In this document: positions 48,561 to 58,864 of the stretch, piece by piece | How the letters are laid out: each line of letters begins with the position of its first letter | How positions within the stretch are numbered: the stretch's first letter is position 1 | From: an uncultured Fimbriimonadaceae bacterium | GTDB lineage: Bacteria; Armatimonadota; UBA10988 | DNA: 64,000 nucleotides | Reading direction: 5' to 3' | NCBI GenBank assembly: GCA_964531735.1 | Contig: CAZHGD010000012.1 | Coordinates: forward strand, 1 to 64,000 | Notes under the pieces: generated by a model | The model's database searches: none | Told to the model about the DNA's origin: nothing | What the model saw: only the letters and a program-made list of their open reading frames with translations | Translations under genes and position numbers: made by a program

Positions 48561-48947
48561 TCAGCCCTCTTCCAGCATCCGCTGGCAATCCACACACGTC
48601 GCCGCCCATGGGATCCGATCCAAGCGCGCTTCCGGTATCTCACAACCGCACATCTCACAGATACCGAAGCTACCGTCGTCGATGCGCTCAAAGGCCAACT
48701 CGATCTGGGCCAGATTCTGATGGACCGTCTGGCCCAGAATCTGGTCTTTCTCGCGTTCGGAGGCTTGGGCCGCAATGTCGGCCGGCACGTCGTCGCTGTC
48801 GGAGAAGCTCTCCAGCGAATCCTTGGCCTGGCGGGAGCTCTCCGCCAACTCGCGCTCGACCCGCAGGAGCCGCTCGCGCTCCGCCGTCAGCAGCTCCGTG
48901 AAATGCTCCAGATCCAGATCCGGGCGCATCACCGCAGGGTCACTCAT
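48561..48947 (-). CDS. DksA/TraR-family C4-type zinc-finger regulator (YteA/general stress protein 16O-like)
   Basis: Acidic coiled-coil N-terminus. CEMCGCEIPEARL...ATCVDCQ four-Cys zinc finger. Confidence 0.85.
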   Translation of the reverse strand: MSDPAVMRPDLDLEHFTELLTAERERLLRVERELAESSRQAKDSLESFSDSDDVPADIAAQASEREKDQILGQTVHQNLAQIELAFERIDDGSFGICEMCGCEIPEARLDRIPWAATCVDCQRMLEEG

Positions 48948-48972
48948 CGACCTCCTCCTCAGGCCTCATCGG

Positions 48973-49836
48973 TCAGGTGGCCGGCACCACGCCCACTTGC
49001 CGCCAGTGCTCCTCGACCGCCTCTTCGACGGGCCGCAGCGGGGGCAGGCCGGCAGCCGCCCAACGTTGCCCGTCCAGAACAGAAAAAGCCGGCCGCCAGG
49101 CCGGCGCACCCCACGCTTCGGTGGTCACCGGCTCCACCCCCACCGTCGGGTCGAGCCGTTGCGCCAACCACTTCGCGAAGCTATACCACGTTCCTCCACC
49201 GAGGTTGGTTACATGATAGGTCCCGAACTCGGCCGCGGACGACACCAGTGTCAGTATCGCCGCCGCCAGGTCATGACTGTAGGTCCGATTGCAGGTTTGG
49301 TCACAAACCACTCGCACCGGCTCGCCGCGCAACAGACGCTGGCCGACCGCGTCCACGAAGTTGCGTCCGCCGTCGCCAAACAGGCCCGCCGTGCGCACGA
49401 TCCAGTGCCGCGGCTGCCGCTGCCGCACCCACACCTCACCAAGCAGCTTGCTGCAACCATAGACGCTGTGCGGCCCGGTGCGGTCATCTTCCTGGTACGG
49501 CGCACTCGCGCTGCCGTCGAAGACATGGTCGGTGCTCACCTGCACCAGCACCATCTGGCGCCGCGCGGTCTCTTCGGCCAGCACCGCCGGGCCGAGCACG
49601 TTGGCCCGCATCGCCGCGGCGATGTTCGTCTCGGCCCCGTCGACATTGGTGTAGGCCGCCGCGTTGATGACCACCGCCGGCTCATACCGGGCGAGGGCGG
49701 CGGCCACCGCCGCGGACTCGGCGATGTCCAGCTCGGTTCGCGTCAGGGCGACCAGCTCCAGATGCTGTCCGGCACGCTGCAGCGCCTGGCCCAGCAGACC
49801 GCCGGCGCCCGTGACCAGTATCCGTCGGCTGCCCAT
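48973..49836 (-). CDS. rfbD: dTDP-4-dehydrorhamnose reductase
   Basis: ILVTGAGGLLG Rossmann motif. NAAAYTNVD. STDHVFDG. YGCSKLLGE catalytic YxxxK. Confidence 0.85.
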   Translation of the reverse strand: MGSRRILVTGAGGLLGQALQRAGQHLELVALTRTELDIAESAAVAAALARYEPAVVINAAAYTNVDGAETNIAAAMRANVLGPAVLAEETARRQMVLVQVSTDHVFDGSASAPYQEDDRTGPHSVYGCSKLLGEVWVRQRQPRHWIVRTAGLFGDGGRNFVDAVGQRLLRGEPVRVVCDQTCNRTYSHDLAAAILTLVSSAAEFGTYHVTNLGGGTWYSFAKWLAQRLDPTVGVEPVTTEAWGAPAWRPAFSVLDGQRWAAAGLPPLRPVEEAVEEHWRQVGVVPAT

Positions 49837-49946
49837 CGCCTGACCTCGTCCTGCGTATCCGATGCCTAACGCCCGTCGTGGCGCCGAAGTTCCAGCGCCA
49901 CCGGCCAGGATGTGTTAGCCTGCCGGTGGCAACGGAGACCCGCAGC

Positions 49947-50984
49947 ATGGCGCAACGCTACCTTCGCGGGGCCGACGGCGCACTGGCCCAGTTCCGTGCG
50001 ACCCGCCGGCCATTTCACTTCGCCGGCACCTGTCCCAGCGACCACGCGGCCTGGCGCCGCGCGTTCGAGCAGGAACTGCTCGCCTGTCTCGGGCCGACAC
50101 CCGAGCCGGTCGCGCTGGCCGCCGAGGTGACCAGCCGCACCGACTGCGGCGCCTACGTGCGTGAACGAGTCCTGTTCGACAGCGAAGCCTATGCCACGGT
50201 TTCGGCCTGGGTGCTGATTCCGAAGCGCGCCACGCCGGAGCAACCGGCGCCGGCCGTGATGGGTCTGCACGGGCACGGCCCCGAAGGCAAGGACGCGCTC
50301 GTCGGGGTCAATGCGGCGGGCGAGCCGGTCGACACCGGCGCCTACCACGGCATCGGCCAGAAGCTGGCCGAAGCCGGCTACGTGGTGATCTGTCCCGACT
50401 GGCGCGGCTTCGGCGAGCGCCAGGACACCGACGAGTGGGTCCGCCGGCCGACTCGCGACGGCTGCAACGTGCTCTACCTGGCCACCGGCTATCTCGGCTA
50501 CCACTCGCTGGCGCTGCAGATCCACGATGGTCGCCGCACGCTCGACTACCTGCTGACGCGCCCCGAAGTGCGGCCGGACCGCGTCGGCGCCATCGGTCTC
50601 AGCTTCGGTGGCACTATGACCACCTATCTGTCGGCGCTGGACACGCGCATCGGCTGCGCGGTGATCGGCTGCTATCTGAGCGGGCTCGATGACGCGCTGG
50701 TGCGCGCCAACTTCTGCGGTGCGCAGTACCTGCCCGGACTGGGCCTGCTGGCCGACATCCCCGACGTCGCCGGCCTGATCGCGCCGCGCCCGATGCTGGC
50801 GCAGATCGGCGAGCGCGACCTGTGCTTCACCGTGGACGACGCCATGGCGGCCTACGACCATGTCGCGCGCATCTACGCCGCCGCCGGCGTGCCGGAGCGC
50901 TGCGCGGTGGACCGGCATCCGGATGGCCATGAGCTGAACCCGACCACCGCCCTGGCCTGGTTCGAAAGGTGGCTCGGCGCATGA
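49947..50984 (+). CDS. Alpha/beta-hydrolase (dienelactone hydrolase/acetyl-xylan-esterase-like)
   Basis: GGAGAC RBS. Nucleophile elbow GLSFGG. HG oxyanion motif MGLHGHG. Stop overlaps the next start (ATGA). Confidence 0.8.
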   Translation: MAQRYLRGADGALAQFRATRRPFHFAGTCPSDHAAWRRAFEQELLACLGPTPEPVALAAEVTSRTDCGAYVRERVLFDSEAYATVSAWVLIPKRATPEQPAPAVMGLHGHGPEGKDALVGVNAAGEPVDTGAYHGIGQKLAEAGYVVICPDWRGFGERQDTDEWVRRPTRDGCNVLYLATGYLGYHSLALQIHDGRRTLDYLLTRPEVRPDRVGAIGLSFGGTMTTYLSALDTRIGCAVIGCYLSGLDDALVRANFCGAQYLPGLGLLADIPDVAGLIAPRPMLAQIGERDLCFTVDDAMAAYDHVARIYAAAGVPERCAVDRHPDGHELNPTTALAWFERWLGA

Positions 50985-53266
50985 CCACCGCGTCGCTCCT
51001 GGCGGTCTGGTTGCTGCTGGCCACACCGGTGGCGCGCGTCGAGTGCGACGCGACCGGCTGGCGGCTGACCGCCGAGTCCGGCGGGCGGCACCGCGTCCTC
51101 GTCCAAACGGCCGGTTACCAGGCCGCGGACGCGGCCAACGCACCGGTGTTCGCCACCTCGGGTGCGCCGGCCGGGTCGTCGCCCGCGCGCGTCGCCTACC
51201 GGCTCACCGGTGCCGGAGCGCCCGCGGCCGAGGTGGCGGCGCACTGCCAGCCGCTGCCCAACGGGGTGACGGTGGACTGGCGCCTGACCTGGCGTGGCGG
51301 CCAGCGCACGTGGAGCGGCTGGACCAGTGGCCTGGTGCATCAGTGGGGCGAAGCGCCCACCGGGGCCACCACTCAGGCGCTGGTCGACTGGCGGCGCCCC
51401 GATGGTACTCGTGCGGGCGAAGTCGCCGGCGACACGCCCTATCCGGTGCCGGGCGGCCAGATTCGCCGGGTCGTCTTCGGCGATCTCGCCCTGGTCATGG
51501 TCACGCCGACCTACGACCCGGACTGGATCTACAAGCGCGAGCTGGGCCGGGTCCGCCTGGTCCGCTGGCAGCCGGTCGACGGTGAAGTCCGCTACCGGGT
51601 CACCTACCTGGTGGTGCCGGCTGGCTCGGACCAGCCGGCCGACTGGGCGGCCACCGCGGCCGGGCGGCCGCTCGCGCTGTCGCTGACCACCGGCCGCGCC
51701 GCACCGCTGTTCGTGCCCGGCGAGCCACTGCGCGTGCAGGCGCGGCTGGCCAATGTCACCGCGGCGGCGCAGTCGAGCACCTTGCGGCTCACCGCGTACA
51801 CGTACCGGGGCCAACCCCTGCTGAACCGCGAGGAGCCCATCGCGCTGGCCGCCGGAGCCGACCGTCTGCTGGACCTGACTCTGCCGCCGGCCGAGCGGGG
51901 CGTGGTGTTCGTCACCGCGCGCTTGAACTGGCCCGGCGGCGAGTGGACCGAGCGGCTCAACCTGGGCATCTTGCCCGAGCGCCGCGCCGACGGCGTACGC
52001 GAGGCCTCGCCGTTCGGGCTCGCGGCGGTAACGGCGAACCCCGCGCACTACCCGGACCAAGCCGCGCTGGAGACGGTTCTGCCGCTGGTCGAGCGGGTCG
52101 GTTGCCGGCGCATCCGTGGCGGCTGGTACCCGGTCGATCCGGAGGCCACCGATGCCACCGTGGCCGCGGTGCGCGCCCAGTTGGCGCAGTTGCGGCGCCA
52201 TGGCGTGCTGCCCTATGTGCAGTTGCCGGGCGAGCCGTGCCAGGCCGGTGGTGAGGCCGCCCTGACCGCGCGCTACCGCGGCGCCATCGGCCGGTTCGCC
52301 TGGGCCAGCGACTATGTCGAGGTGGGCAACGAGCTGAACCTGGGCGGGCTGAAGGCGCACGACTACGTCGCGCGCCTGTTGCGGCCGGTGGCCGCCGCCA
52401 CGCGCCAGGCTGCGCCGCACGCCAAGGTGCTCAGCATGGGTTTTGGCGGCGTGTTACCGGACTGGCTGAACGAGTTCGTCGCCGCGGGCGGTCTCGATCT
52501 CGTGGACATCCTGTCCATCCATCCGGGTTGCCAACCGCGCTCGCCCGAGTTCTGGCAGGGCTGGCGCGGCTGGGTCTTTCGCCCACAAGTGCTGGATGCC
52601 TTGCGCGCGGCCAGGGCCAAGGGGAAGGCCGTCTGGATCACCGAGGCCTATGCGCCCACAGTGCCCGGCCGGGCCGGCCTGGACCACCGCACCGCCGCCG
52701 ACTACCTCGTGCGCAGCTATGTCTGCGCGCTGGCCGCCGGTGTGCAGCACATCGCCTGGTACCAGTTCCAGGACGGTGTCTGGCACAGCCGGCGACCCGA
52801 TGCCGACGATGGCGAGTACAACTACGGCATCGTCTACACCGACTTGTCACCGAAGCCGGCCTACGTCGCCTATGGCGCCATGACCGAGCAACTCGAAGGG
52901 GCGACCTATGTCGGCCGGCTCGAGCTGGGCGCCGACGACCTGTACGGCGTGCGCTTCCGGCGCGGCGACGGCGTGGTCGATGTGCTGTGGAGCTGCCGCG
53001 AGAAGCACGAGACCGATGTGGCCTGGTGGCCGCCGGAGCAGTTCAGGCACCTCTCGCGGCGGGCGGGCGAGCCGTGGCAGACCCGCTGGCGCCAGGCGGT
53101 CACCGTCCCGCTGCCCGCGGCGGGCTCGGTGACCGTCACCGACCTGATGGGCAACCCGCGCACCCTCACGTCCCGCGCGGGGCGCGTCGAGCTGCTGCTG
53201 GACGGCTCGCCGCAGTATGCCACCGGCTTGGGGGCTCTCCCGCTGAAGCCGGTGTTCTGGGAGTGA
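50981..53266 (+). CDS. Secreted clan GH-A glycoside hydrolase (GH5/GH39-like TIM barrel) with N-terminal beta-sandwich region
   Basis: Signal peptide MTTASLLAVWLLLATPVARV. Acid/base motif EVGNELN. Nucleophile motif VWITEAY. Confidence 0.8.
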   Translation: MTTASLLAVWLLLATPVARVECDATGWRLTAESGGRHRVLVQTAGYQAADAANAPVFATSGAPAGSSPARVAYRLTGAGAPAAEVAAHCQPLPNGVTVDWRLTWRGGQRTWSGWTSGLVHQWGEAPTGATTQALVDWRRPDGTRAGEVAGDTPYPVPGGQIRRVVFGDLALVMVTPTYDPDWIYKRELGRVRLVRWQPVDGEVRYRVTYLVVPAGSDQPADWAATAAGRPLALSLTTGRAAPLFVPGEPLRVQARLANVTAAAQSSTLRLTAYTYRGQPLLNREEPIALAAGADRLLDLTLPPAERGVVFVTARLNWPGGEWTERLNLGILPERRADGVREASPFGLAAVTANPAHYPDQAALETVLPLVERVGCRRIRGGWYPVDPEATDATVAAVRAQLAQLRRHGVLPYVQLPGEPCQAGGEAALTARYRGAIGRFAWASDYVEVGNELNLGGLKAHDYVARLLRPVAAATRQAAPHAKVLSMGFGGVLPDWLNEFVAAGGLDLVDILSIHPGCQPRSPEFWQGWRGWVFRPQVLDALRAARAKGKAVWITEAYAPTVPGRAGLDHRTAADYLVRSYVCALAAGVQHIAWYQFQDGVWHSRRPDADDGEYNYGIVYTDLSPKPAYVAYGAMTEQLEGATYVGRLELGADDLYGVRFRRGDGVVDVLWSCREKHETDVAWWPPEQFRHLSRRAGEPWQTRWRQAVTVPLPAAGSVTVTDLMGNPRTLTSRAGRVELLLDGSPQYATGLGALPLKPVFWE

Positions 53267-53366
53267 CACGGCTCGCGCCGAACGGCCTCGCGAGGCGGCA
53301 GGAACAGCCTGACGGATGGCCAACGGCGGGCCTGCCACGCGTCCACGGCGCGTGCGAGAGGTGGCC

Positions 53367-54617
53367 ATGGCTGACCAGCACGACATTCGGGTACTTCGCG
53401 ACCTCGTCCAGCGCTATGCCGACGTCGCCGCGCTGCCGGTGCAGGACGAGCGCCGCGCCCTGTGGCGCGAGCACCACTCGCTGCGCCCGACCCGGCCGCT
53501 GATCATGGCCACCTTCGGCATGTGGAACGTCTGGTGCCGCGAGGTGTTCGGCAATCAGCAGATGCAGTGCCAGGACCCGTTCTACCGCGAGCACGAGCGC
53601 GGCCTGCGGATGCACCTGTTCGCCCACGACATCGGCGACGACGTGATCCAGGAGCCGTGGCTCACCCAGCGCGCCGCAGTGCGCTATGGCTGGGACGACA
53701 TGTGGGGCCTGCCAATCAAGCGGGTCCCGTCGTCGGTCGAGGGCGGCGCCTGGGGCTTCGACGCGGTGCTCCGCGAGTGGTCCGACGTCGACCGGCTGGT
53801 GGCGCCGCGCCACGTTGTCGATGAGGCGGCCACCGACCGCGCCGTCGCGAAGCTCCACGAGGCCGTCGGCGACCTGCTGCCGATCAACGTCGACCGCTCG
53901 CCGATCTGCAAGGGGTTCGGCGCCGACATCTCGACCATGCTGGCGCGGCTCCGCGGGTTCGAGCAGATCATGTACGACATGTACGAGGCGCCGAACGAGC
54001 TGCACCGCCTGCTGGCCTTCATGCGCGATGGCACGCTGGCCAACCAGGCTGAGGCGGTCACCGCCGGCGACTGGTCGCGCACCAGTGGCGAGTGCCAGGG
54101 CATGACCTACTGCCACGAACTGCCGCCGCCGGCGGCGAACGTCTTTGGTCAGTCGCTGGACAGCCTGTACGCGTTCAGCGCCAGCCAGGAGTTCACGCTC
54201 ATTTCGCCGGCGCAGCACGAGGAGTTCATGCTCCAGTACCAGCGGCCGATCATGGAGCAGTTCGGCCTGAGCGCCTACGGCTGCTGTGAGAACCTGACCG
54301 AGAAGATCGACCTTCTGCGCTCCGTGCGGAACCTGCGGCAGATCGCCGTGGCGCCGACCGCCGAGGTGGCCAAGTGCGCCGAGCGCATCGGTGCCGACTA
54401 CGTCTTCTCGTGGCGGCCGAACCCGACCGACATGGTCTGCTGCGGCTGGGACGAGGACCGCATCCGCCGCATCATCGGCGACGGCCTGCGCGCGGCGCGC
54501 GGCTGTCGCGTGCACCTGCACCTCAAGGACATCGAGACGGTGGAGGGCGACCCGACCCGCCTGGCGCGCTGGGTCGGCATCGTGCGCGAGGTGGCCGACG
54601 AGGTCTGGGCCAACTGA
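53367..54617 (+). CDS. Hypothetical protein (416 aa)
   Basis: GAGAGGTGG RBS before the ATG at 53367. Consistent periodicity. No confident family assignment. Confidence 0.6.
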   Translation: MADQHDIRVLRDLVQRYADVAALPVQDERRALWREHHSLRPTRPLIMATFGMWNVWCREVFGNQQMQCQDPFYREHERGLRMHLFAHDIGDDVIQEPWLTQRAAVRYGWDDMWGLPIKRVPSSVEGGAWGFDAVLREWSDVDRLVAPRHVVDEAATDRAVAKLHEAVGDLLPINVDRSPICKGFGADISTMLARLRGFEQIMYDMYEAPNELHRLLAFMRDGTLANQAEAVTAGDWSRTSGECQGMTYCHELPPPAANVFGQSLDSLYAFSASQEFTLISPAQHEEFMLQYQRPIMEQFGLSAYGCCENLTEKIDLLRSVRNLRQIAVAPTAEVAKCAERIGADYVFSWRPNPTDMVCCGWDEDRIRRIIGDGLRAARGCRVHLHLKDIETVEGDPTRLARWVGIVREVADEVWAN

Positions 54618-54744
54618 CGCGCACGAGTCTTGCGCTGCCGTTGCGCGGCGACGAGCCGGGCCAATCTGCACATGGGACAATGGCGCCGAGGGGGGCAGGC
54701 AGCCACTTCACTGGCCGCGTCGGCGGCCGGAAAGGGCAGGTCCC

Positions 54745-55329
54745 ATGCACAGACTGCGGGTCGGGGCGCTCGTCCTGGCGCTGCTCATCGCGCCGAACGC
54801 CCTGGCCACCTACACGTCCAACGGCAGCGCCGCCGATCAGGCGGCCCTCGTCTCGATGCTCACCAGCGCCTGCAACCAGAGCGCCGACTTCAAGAGCGAG
54901 TACGACACCATCGCGGCCGACAGCACCCACAGCATCCGCTACGACGTCGGGCGCAGTCAGAGCGGCGTGCTGATCGACGCCTACAGCTCCAACGCGGTCG
55001 ACCTGGATGACCTCAGTGCCCTGCCGGTCACTCCGCCGGCCGGCCATCCCAACGCGATGACGCAGTCGCAGGCGCTCAAGCACGTCATGGCCGAGCGCTG
55101 GTACAAGGCGACGCTGCCATGTGCCGAGTACCTGGAGTGCCACGAGAAGGGCGGCATGGTCGGTGAGAACGCCCTGCGTAGCGAGGCCGGACAGTCGCCG
55201 GTCGTCAAGCACTCCGGTACGCCGATCCCGGGTGGCGGCCTGACCGTGACCATCACCTATGGGAACGGCGGCAGCGAGTCCTGGACCATCAACTCGGCGG
55301 GCAACATCACCGCCATCGCCTACCACTGA
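54745..55329 (+). CDS. Secreted hypothetical protein (194 aa)
   Basis: AAAGGGCAGG RBS-like element. Signal peptide MHRLRVGALVLALLIAPNALA. Confidence 0.6.
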   Translation: MHRLRVGALVLALLIAPNALATYTSNGSAADQAALVSMLTSACNQSADFKSEYDTIAADSTHSIRYDVGRSQSGVLIDAYSSNAVDLDDLSALPVTPPAGHPNAMTQSQALKHVMAERWYKATLPCAEYLECHEKGGMVGENALRSEAGQSPVVKHSGTPIPGGGLTVTITYGNGGSESWTINSAGNITAIAYH

Positions 55330-55341
55330 GGAGACCACACC

Positions 55342-55866
55342 ATGAGCATTCGCAGCCTGTTCGCGTACGGTCTCGCGGTGGTGATGTTCGTCGGCCTGGT
55401 CAGTTGCGGCGGCGGCGGTGGCGGCACTGGGTCGAGCAACACCACGACGGCCCAGTTCGACGACGCCAACCTGACCGCCAACCAAAGCACGATCCAGGCG
55501 GCGGCGCAGCGGGCCACGCTGATCGTCGTGGCCACCATCCAGTCGATCGGCACGCCGCCCGACTGCTGGAGCGGCTTTGTGGCCACCCGACAGACGGTCA
55601 CCTACGCCGTGTCGCCCACCATCCCGGCGGTCAAGGGCAGCTACAGCGGCTCGACGCTGACGGTCAACCACGTGCTGGTGCGCTACTCGCGCCACGCGCG
55701 CTCGGATGGCCAGGTGGGCCTGTCCACCACGCTCTTCGCCACTGGCAATCAGGTCATCCTGATCGTCGGCCCGCCCAGCGGCAGCGAGGCGGACGACGTC
55801 AGCGAGAACTGCAGCACCTTGCCCTACAGCGCGAACAACCTGGCAGCGCTACAGGCGCTGTTGTAG
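55342..55866 (+). CDS. Hypothetical lipoprotein (174 aa)
   Basis: GGAGACC RBS. Signal peptide with LVSC lipobox followed by a Gly-rich linker. Confidence 0.65.
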   Translation: MSIRSLFAYGLAVVMFVGLVSCGGGGGGTGSSNTTTAQFDDANLTANQSTIQAAAQRATLIVVATIQSIGTPPDCWSGFVATRQTVTYAVSPTIPAVKGSYSGSTLTVNHVLVRYSRHARSDGQVGLSTTLFATGNQVILIVGPPSGSEADDVSENCSTLPYSANNLAALQALL

Positions 55867-55954
55867 GTCGAGACGGCGCGCGCGGTCGCGCCCGCTTGCC
55901 CCTGACGCACCGATCGCCTATGCTCGCAGGCGCGATGACGAGAGGATGCGCCCG

Positions 55955-58864
55955 ATGGGCAAGCGTGCGAGTGGACTGCGTCTGGCCTGGCTGTTCGGCT
56001 GCCTCAGTGTGGGCCGGTTGGTGGCCGCGCCGGCGGTGTTCTGGGCCAGCGACCCGGTGCGGCCCGGCGAGACCGTGCTCGCGCTGGGCGCCGAGTTGGG
56101 CACGCAGCCGACAGTGGTCGTCGAGCGGCTGATGGACGGCGTGGTCAGCCAGCCACCGGCCGCCGCACCGGCCATCAACGTCATCGGGCCTTCGGCCACG
56201 GTGCGGCAGGCGGATGGGCGGTCGGTCAAGTTCACCATGCCCACTGGCGTGCCCGGCGTCTATGCCTGGCGGCTGCAGTCGCCCGCCGGCACAGTGCAGG
56301 GCCTGCTCAACCGGCCGGCGGTCTGGTGGGCGCTCGGCGACGGCGGCACGCACGCGGTGCCGGGCGGCTCGTTGCGCCTGTATGGCAAGAACCTGTGTGC
56401 GCCCGGCAGCGAGCAGGGCAAGGCGACCGTGCTGCTCCGTGGCCCGCGCACCGTGCGGCTGACCGCCGAAGCCGACTGCTACGCCGCCAAGACCACGCTC
56501 CCTCGCGACTTGCCCGTCGGCGACTACCAGTTGGCCGTCCACAGCGGCGCCGGTGGCGACGCGGCCTGGAGCGAGGCGGTGCCGCTGCGCGTCGAGAACC
56601 CGCGGCCGTGGCCGACCACCGTGTACAACGTGAAGGACTTCGGCGCCGAGGGCAGTGGCACGCGCGACGACACCACGGCCGTGCAGGCGGCGCTGGCCGC
56701 GGCCGACCAGCGCGGCGGCGGCGTGGTCTACTTCCCGCGCGGCCGCTACCAGTTGAGCGCGCCGCTCGATCTGCCGCGCTTCACCGTGCTGCGCGGCGAG
56801 CGCGCCGAATGGGTCAACCTGTTCTGGCCCGACTTTGCCACCCCGCCGCCGGTGCTGTTGCGTGGCCGCAACTCGTTCGGCCTGCAGGAACTGACCCTCT
56901 ACTGTTCCAACTACCGGACCTTCCTGGCCGCCGACACCAAGGGGCCCGACGCCGGTGACGTGTTCCTGCGCCGGTTGCGCGTGCGCGCGGTGATCTACCG
57001 CGGGCACCTCCAGCCCGAAGAGATCGACCAGCGCTACCGCCAGGGCCTGGGCGGCTTCGGCGGCGGCTACTGGCTGGCCGCGCTCGGTGGTCGGAACGTC
57101 GAGGTCAGCGACTGCGACCTGGTGTCGTCGGGCTGCACCATCAGCCTGACCAACGCCCGCGGCGCGCGGTTGGAGCGCAACCTGTTCAGCCTGGGCCGGC
57201 TCGGCGGCTGCGGCGTGTTCGAGGGCGACGGCGTGCTGATGGCCGACAACCAGTTCGCCGGTGCCGACCTGACCTCGGCCTGCGGCGCCGGCGGCCTCGG
57301 CTATGGCAACCTGTCGCACGTGGTGCTGCAGCGCAACAAGTTCACCGCGCACTACGGCATGAACGGTGAGGCGATCACCTCCGATGCGCCGGGCGGTCTC
57401 TACCATGGCCGTCTGGCCGGCGCCGACGCCACCAGCGTCACCTTGCCCGATGCGCACCATGGCGCGGGTCGGCGAGCGGTGGGCGCCGCGGTGTTCGTGG
57501 CCGACGGCCCGGGCGTCGGGCAATGGCGACGCGTCACCGCGGCGGAAGGGCGCAAGCTGACCGTCGACCGGCCGTGGCAGGTCAGCCCCAGTGACGCATC
57601 GACGGTGATGGTGGCGTGGTTGCAGCACCACTGGCTGGTGCTGGACAACGAATTCGCCGATGTCGGCATCGCGGTGCAGTTCTACGGCAGCTCGGCCGAG
57701 CACATCGCCGCGCGGAACCGTTGCGCACGCTCCGCCGGCTTCCACAACTTCGGCATGAACTACCATGGCGTGCAGCCGAGCTGGTGCGTGCAGTGGCTCG
57801 ACAACGAGATCACCGAGGGCAACATCTACCGCGCCGACCACGACCAGATTCGGCTGACCGGCGACTCGCATCTCGGCGCTTACGGCCTGATCGGCAACGA
57901 ATGGCGCCTGCCCATCACCGTGGCCACCATCATGCGGCGCAATCGCCTGCTGAACAACGCCAGCATCGTGCTGGGCAGCGAGGTGCGCGGCATCAAGCCG
58001 GCGCCGCTCGGCCGGCCGGACCCGCTGGTCACCGACGTGGTGGTGGAGCACAACACCATCGAGAACGCCGAGTACGGTCTGATTGTCCACGGCACCACGC
58101 GCGGGGTCTGGGCCGCGGGCAACCGGCTGCGGAACGTTCGCCTGGAGCAGTGGGACGAGGCCGCGGCGGTGGCGGCCGACGCCGAACGGCGGCGGCGGTT
58201 CGAGACCAGCCGCGAGCCGTTGGCCGTGTGGGACTTCCGCCGGGCCGTCGTGACGCCCGCGGGCCTGGTGCAGACGGTGCCCGACGCCACCGGGCACGGC
58301 TTCGACGCCGCGGCGGTGGCGGTCCGTGTGGCCACCGACGCGTTCAAGGGCCAGGTCGGCCGGTTCGACGGCGACGGCTACCTGAGCGTCGCCGATCCGG
58401 CCATGTTCAACCTGCAGAACGTCACCTTCGCGCTGTGGGTGAAGCCCGACACGGTGACCGGCCGCCACGGTCTGCTGAGCAAGCGGTTCATGGCCACCGG
58501 CGCGCCCTACATGCTCTCGCTGTGGGACAGCGGCCTCGAGTTCGAGGGCAACGACGAGGATGGCAAGTGGAGCTTCATCTTCCGCTCACCGGCGGACATC
58601 AAGCCGGCTGAATGGGTCCATCTGGCCGCGGTCTGTGAGCTGGGCAAGGGCGTGACGGTCTACTGCCGCGGCAAGGCCGTCGGCCGCAAGGACAACCCGG
58701 CGCGGCACTGCGCCAATGGCGAGCCGCTGATCATCGGCCGCGAAGCCTGGTCCGGCTTGCCGAACCAGCAGGACCCGCCGGCCTACTACAAAGGCCAGAT
58801 GGGCACGGTGAAGCTCTGGGCACGGGCACTCAGCGAGCTGGAAGTGTGGTCGGAGTCGCGGTGA
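55955..58864 (+). CDS. Secreted right-handed beta-helix protein (Pectate_lyase_3-type) with C-terminal LamG/concanavalin-like domain
   Basis: Signal peptide. DFGAEGSGTRDDTTAVQAALAAA motif. Parallel beta-helix repeats. C-terminal LamG-like block FALWVKPD...LLSK. Confidence 0.8.
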   Translation: MGKRASGLRLAWLFGCLSVGRLVAAPAVFWASDPVRPGETVLALGAELGTQPTVVVERLMDGVVSQPPAAAPAINVIGPSATVRQADGRSVKFTMPTGVPGVYAWRLQSPAGTVQGLLNRPAVWWALGDGGTHAVPGGSLRLYGKNLCAPGSEQGKATVLLRGPRTVRLTAEADCYAAKTTLPRDLPVGDYQLAVHSGAGGDAAWSEAVPLRVENPRPWPTTVYNVKDFGAEGSGTRDDTTAVQAALAAADQRGGGVVYFPRGRYQLSAPLDLPRFTVLRGERAEWVNLFWPDFATPPPVLLRGRNSFGLQELTLYCSNYRTFLAADTKGPDAGDVFLRRLRVRAVIYRGHLQPEEIDQRYRQGLGGFGGGYWLAALGGRNVEVSDCDLVSSGCTISLTNARGARLERNLFSLGRLGGCGVFEGDGVLMADNQFAGADLTSACGAGGLGYGNLSHVVLQRNKFTAHYGMNGEAITSDAPGGLYHGRLAGADATSVTLPDAHHGAGRRAVGAAVFVADGPGVGQWRRVTAAEGRKLTVDRPWQVSPSDASTVMVAWLQHHWLVLDNEFADVGIAVQFYGSSAEHIAARNRCARSAGFHNFGMNYHGVQPSWCVQWLDNEITEGNIYRADHDQIRLTGDSHLGAYGLIGNEWRLPITVATIMRRNRLLNNASIVLGSEVRGIKPAPLGRPDPLVTDVVVEHNTIENAEYGLIVHGTTRGVWAAGNRLRNVRLEQWDEAAAVAADAERRRRFETSREPLAVWDFRRAVVTPAGLVQTVPDATGHGFDAAAVAVRVATDAFKGQVGRFDGDGYLSVADPAMFNLQNVTFALWVKPDTVTGRHGLLSKRFMATGAPYMLSLWDSGLEFEGNDEDGKWSFIFRSPADIKPAEWVHLAAVCELGKGVTVYCRGKAVGRKDNPARHCANGEPLIIGREAWSGLPNQQDPPAYYKGQMGTVKLWARALSELEVWSESR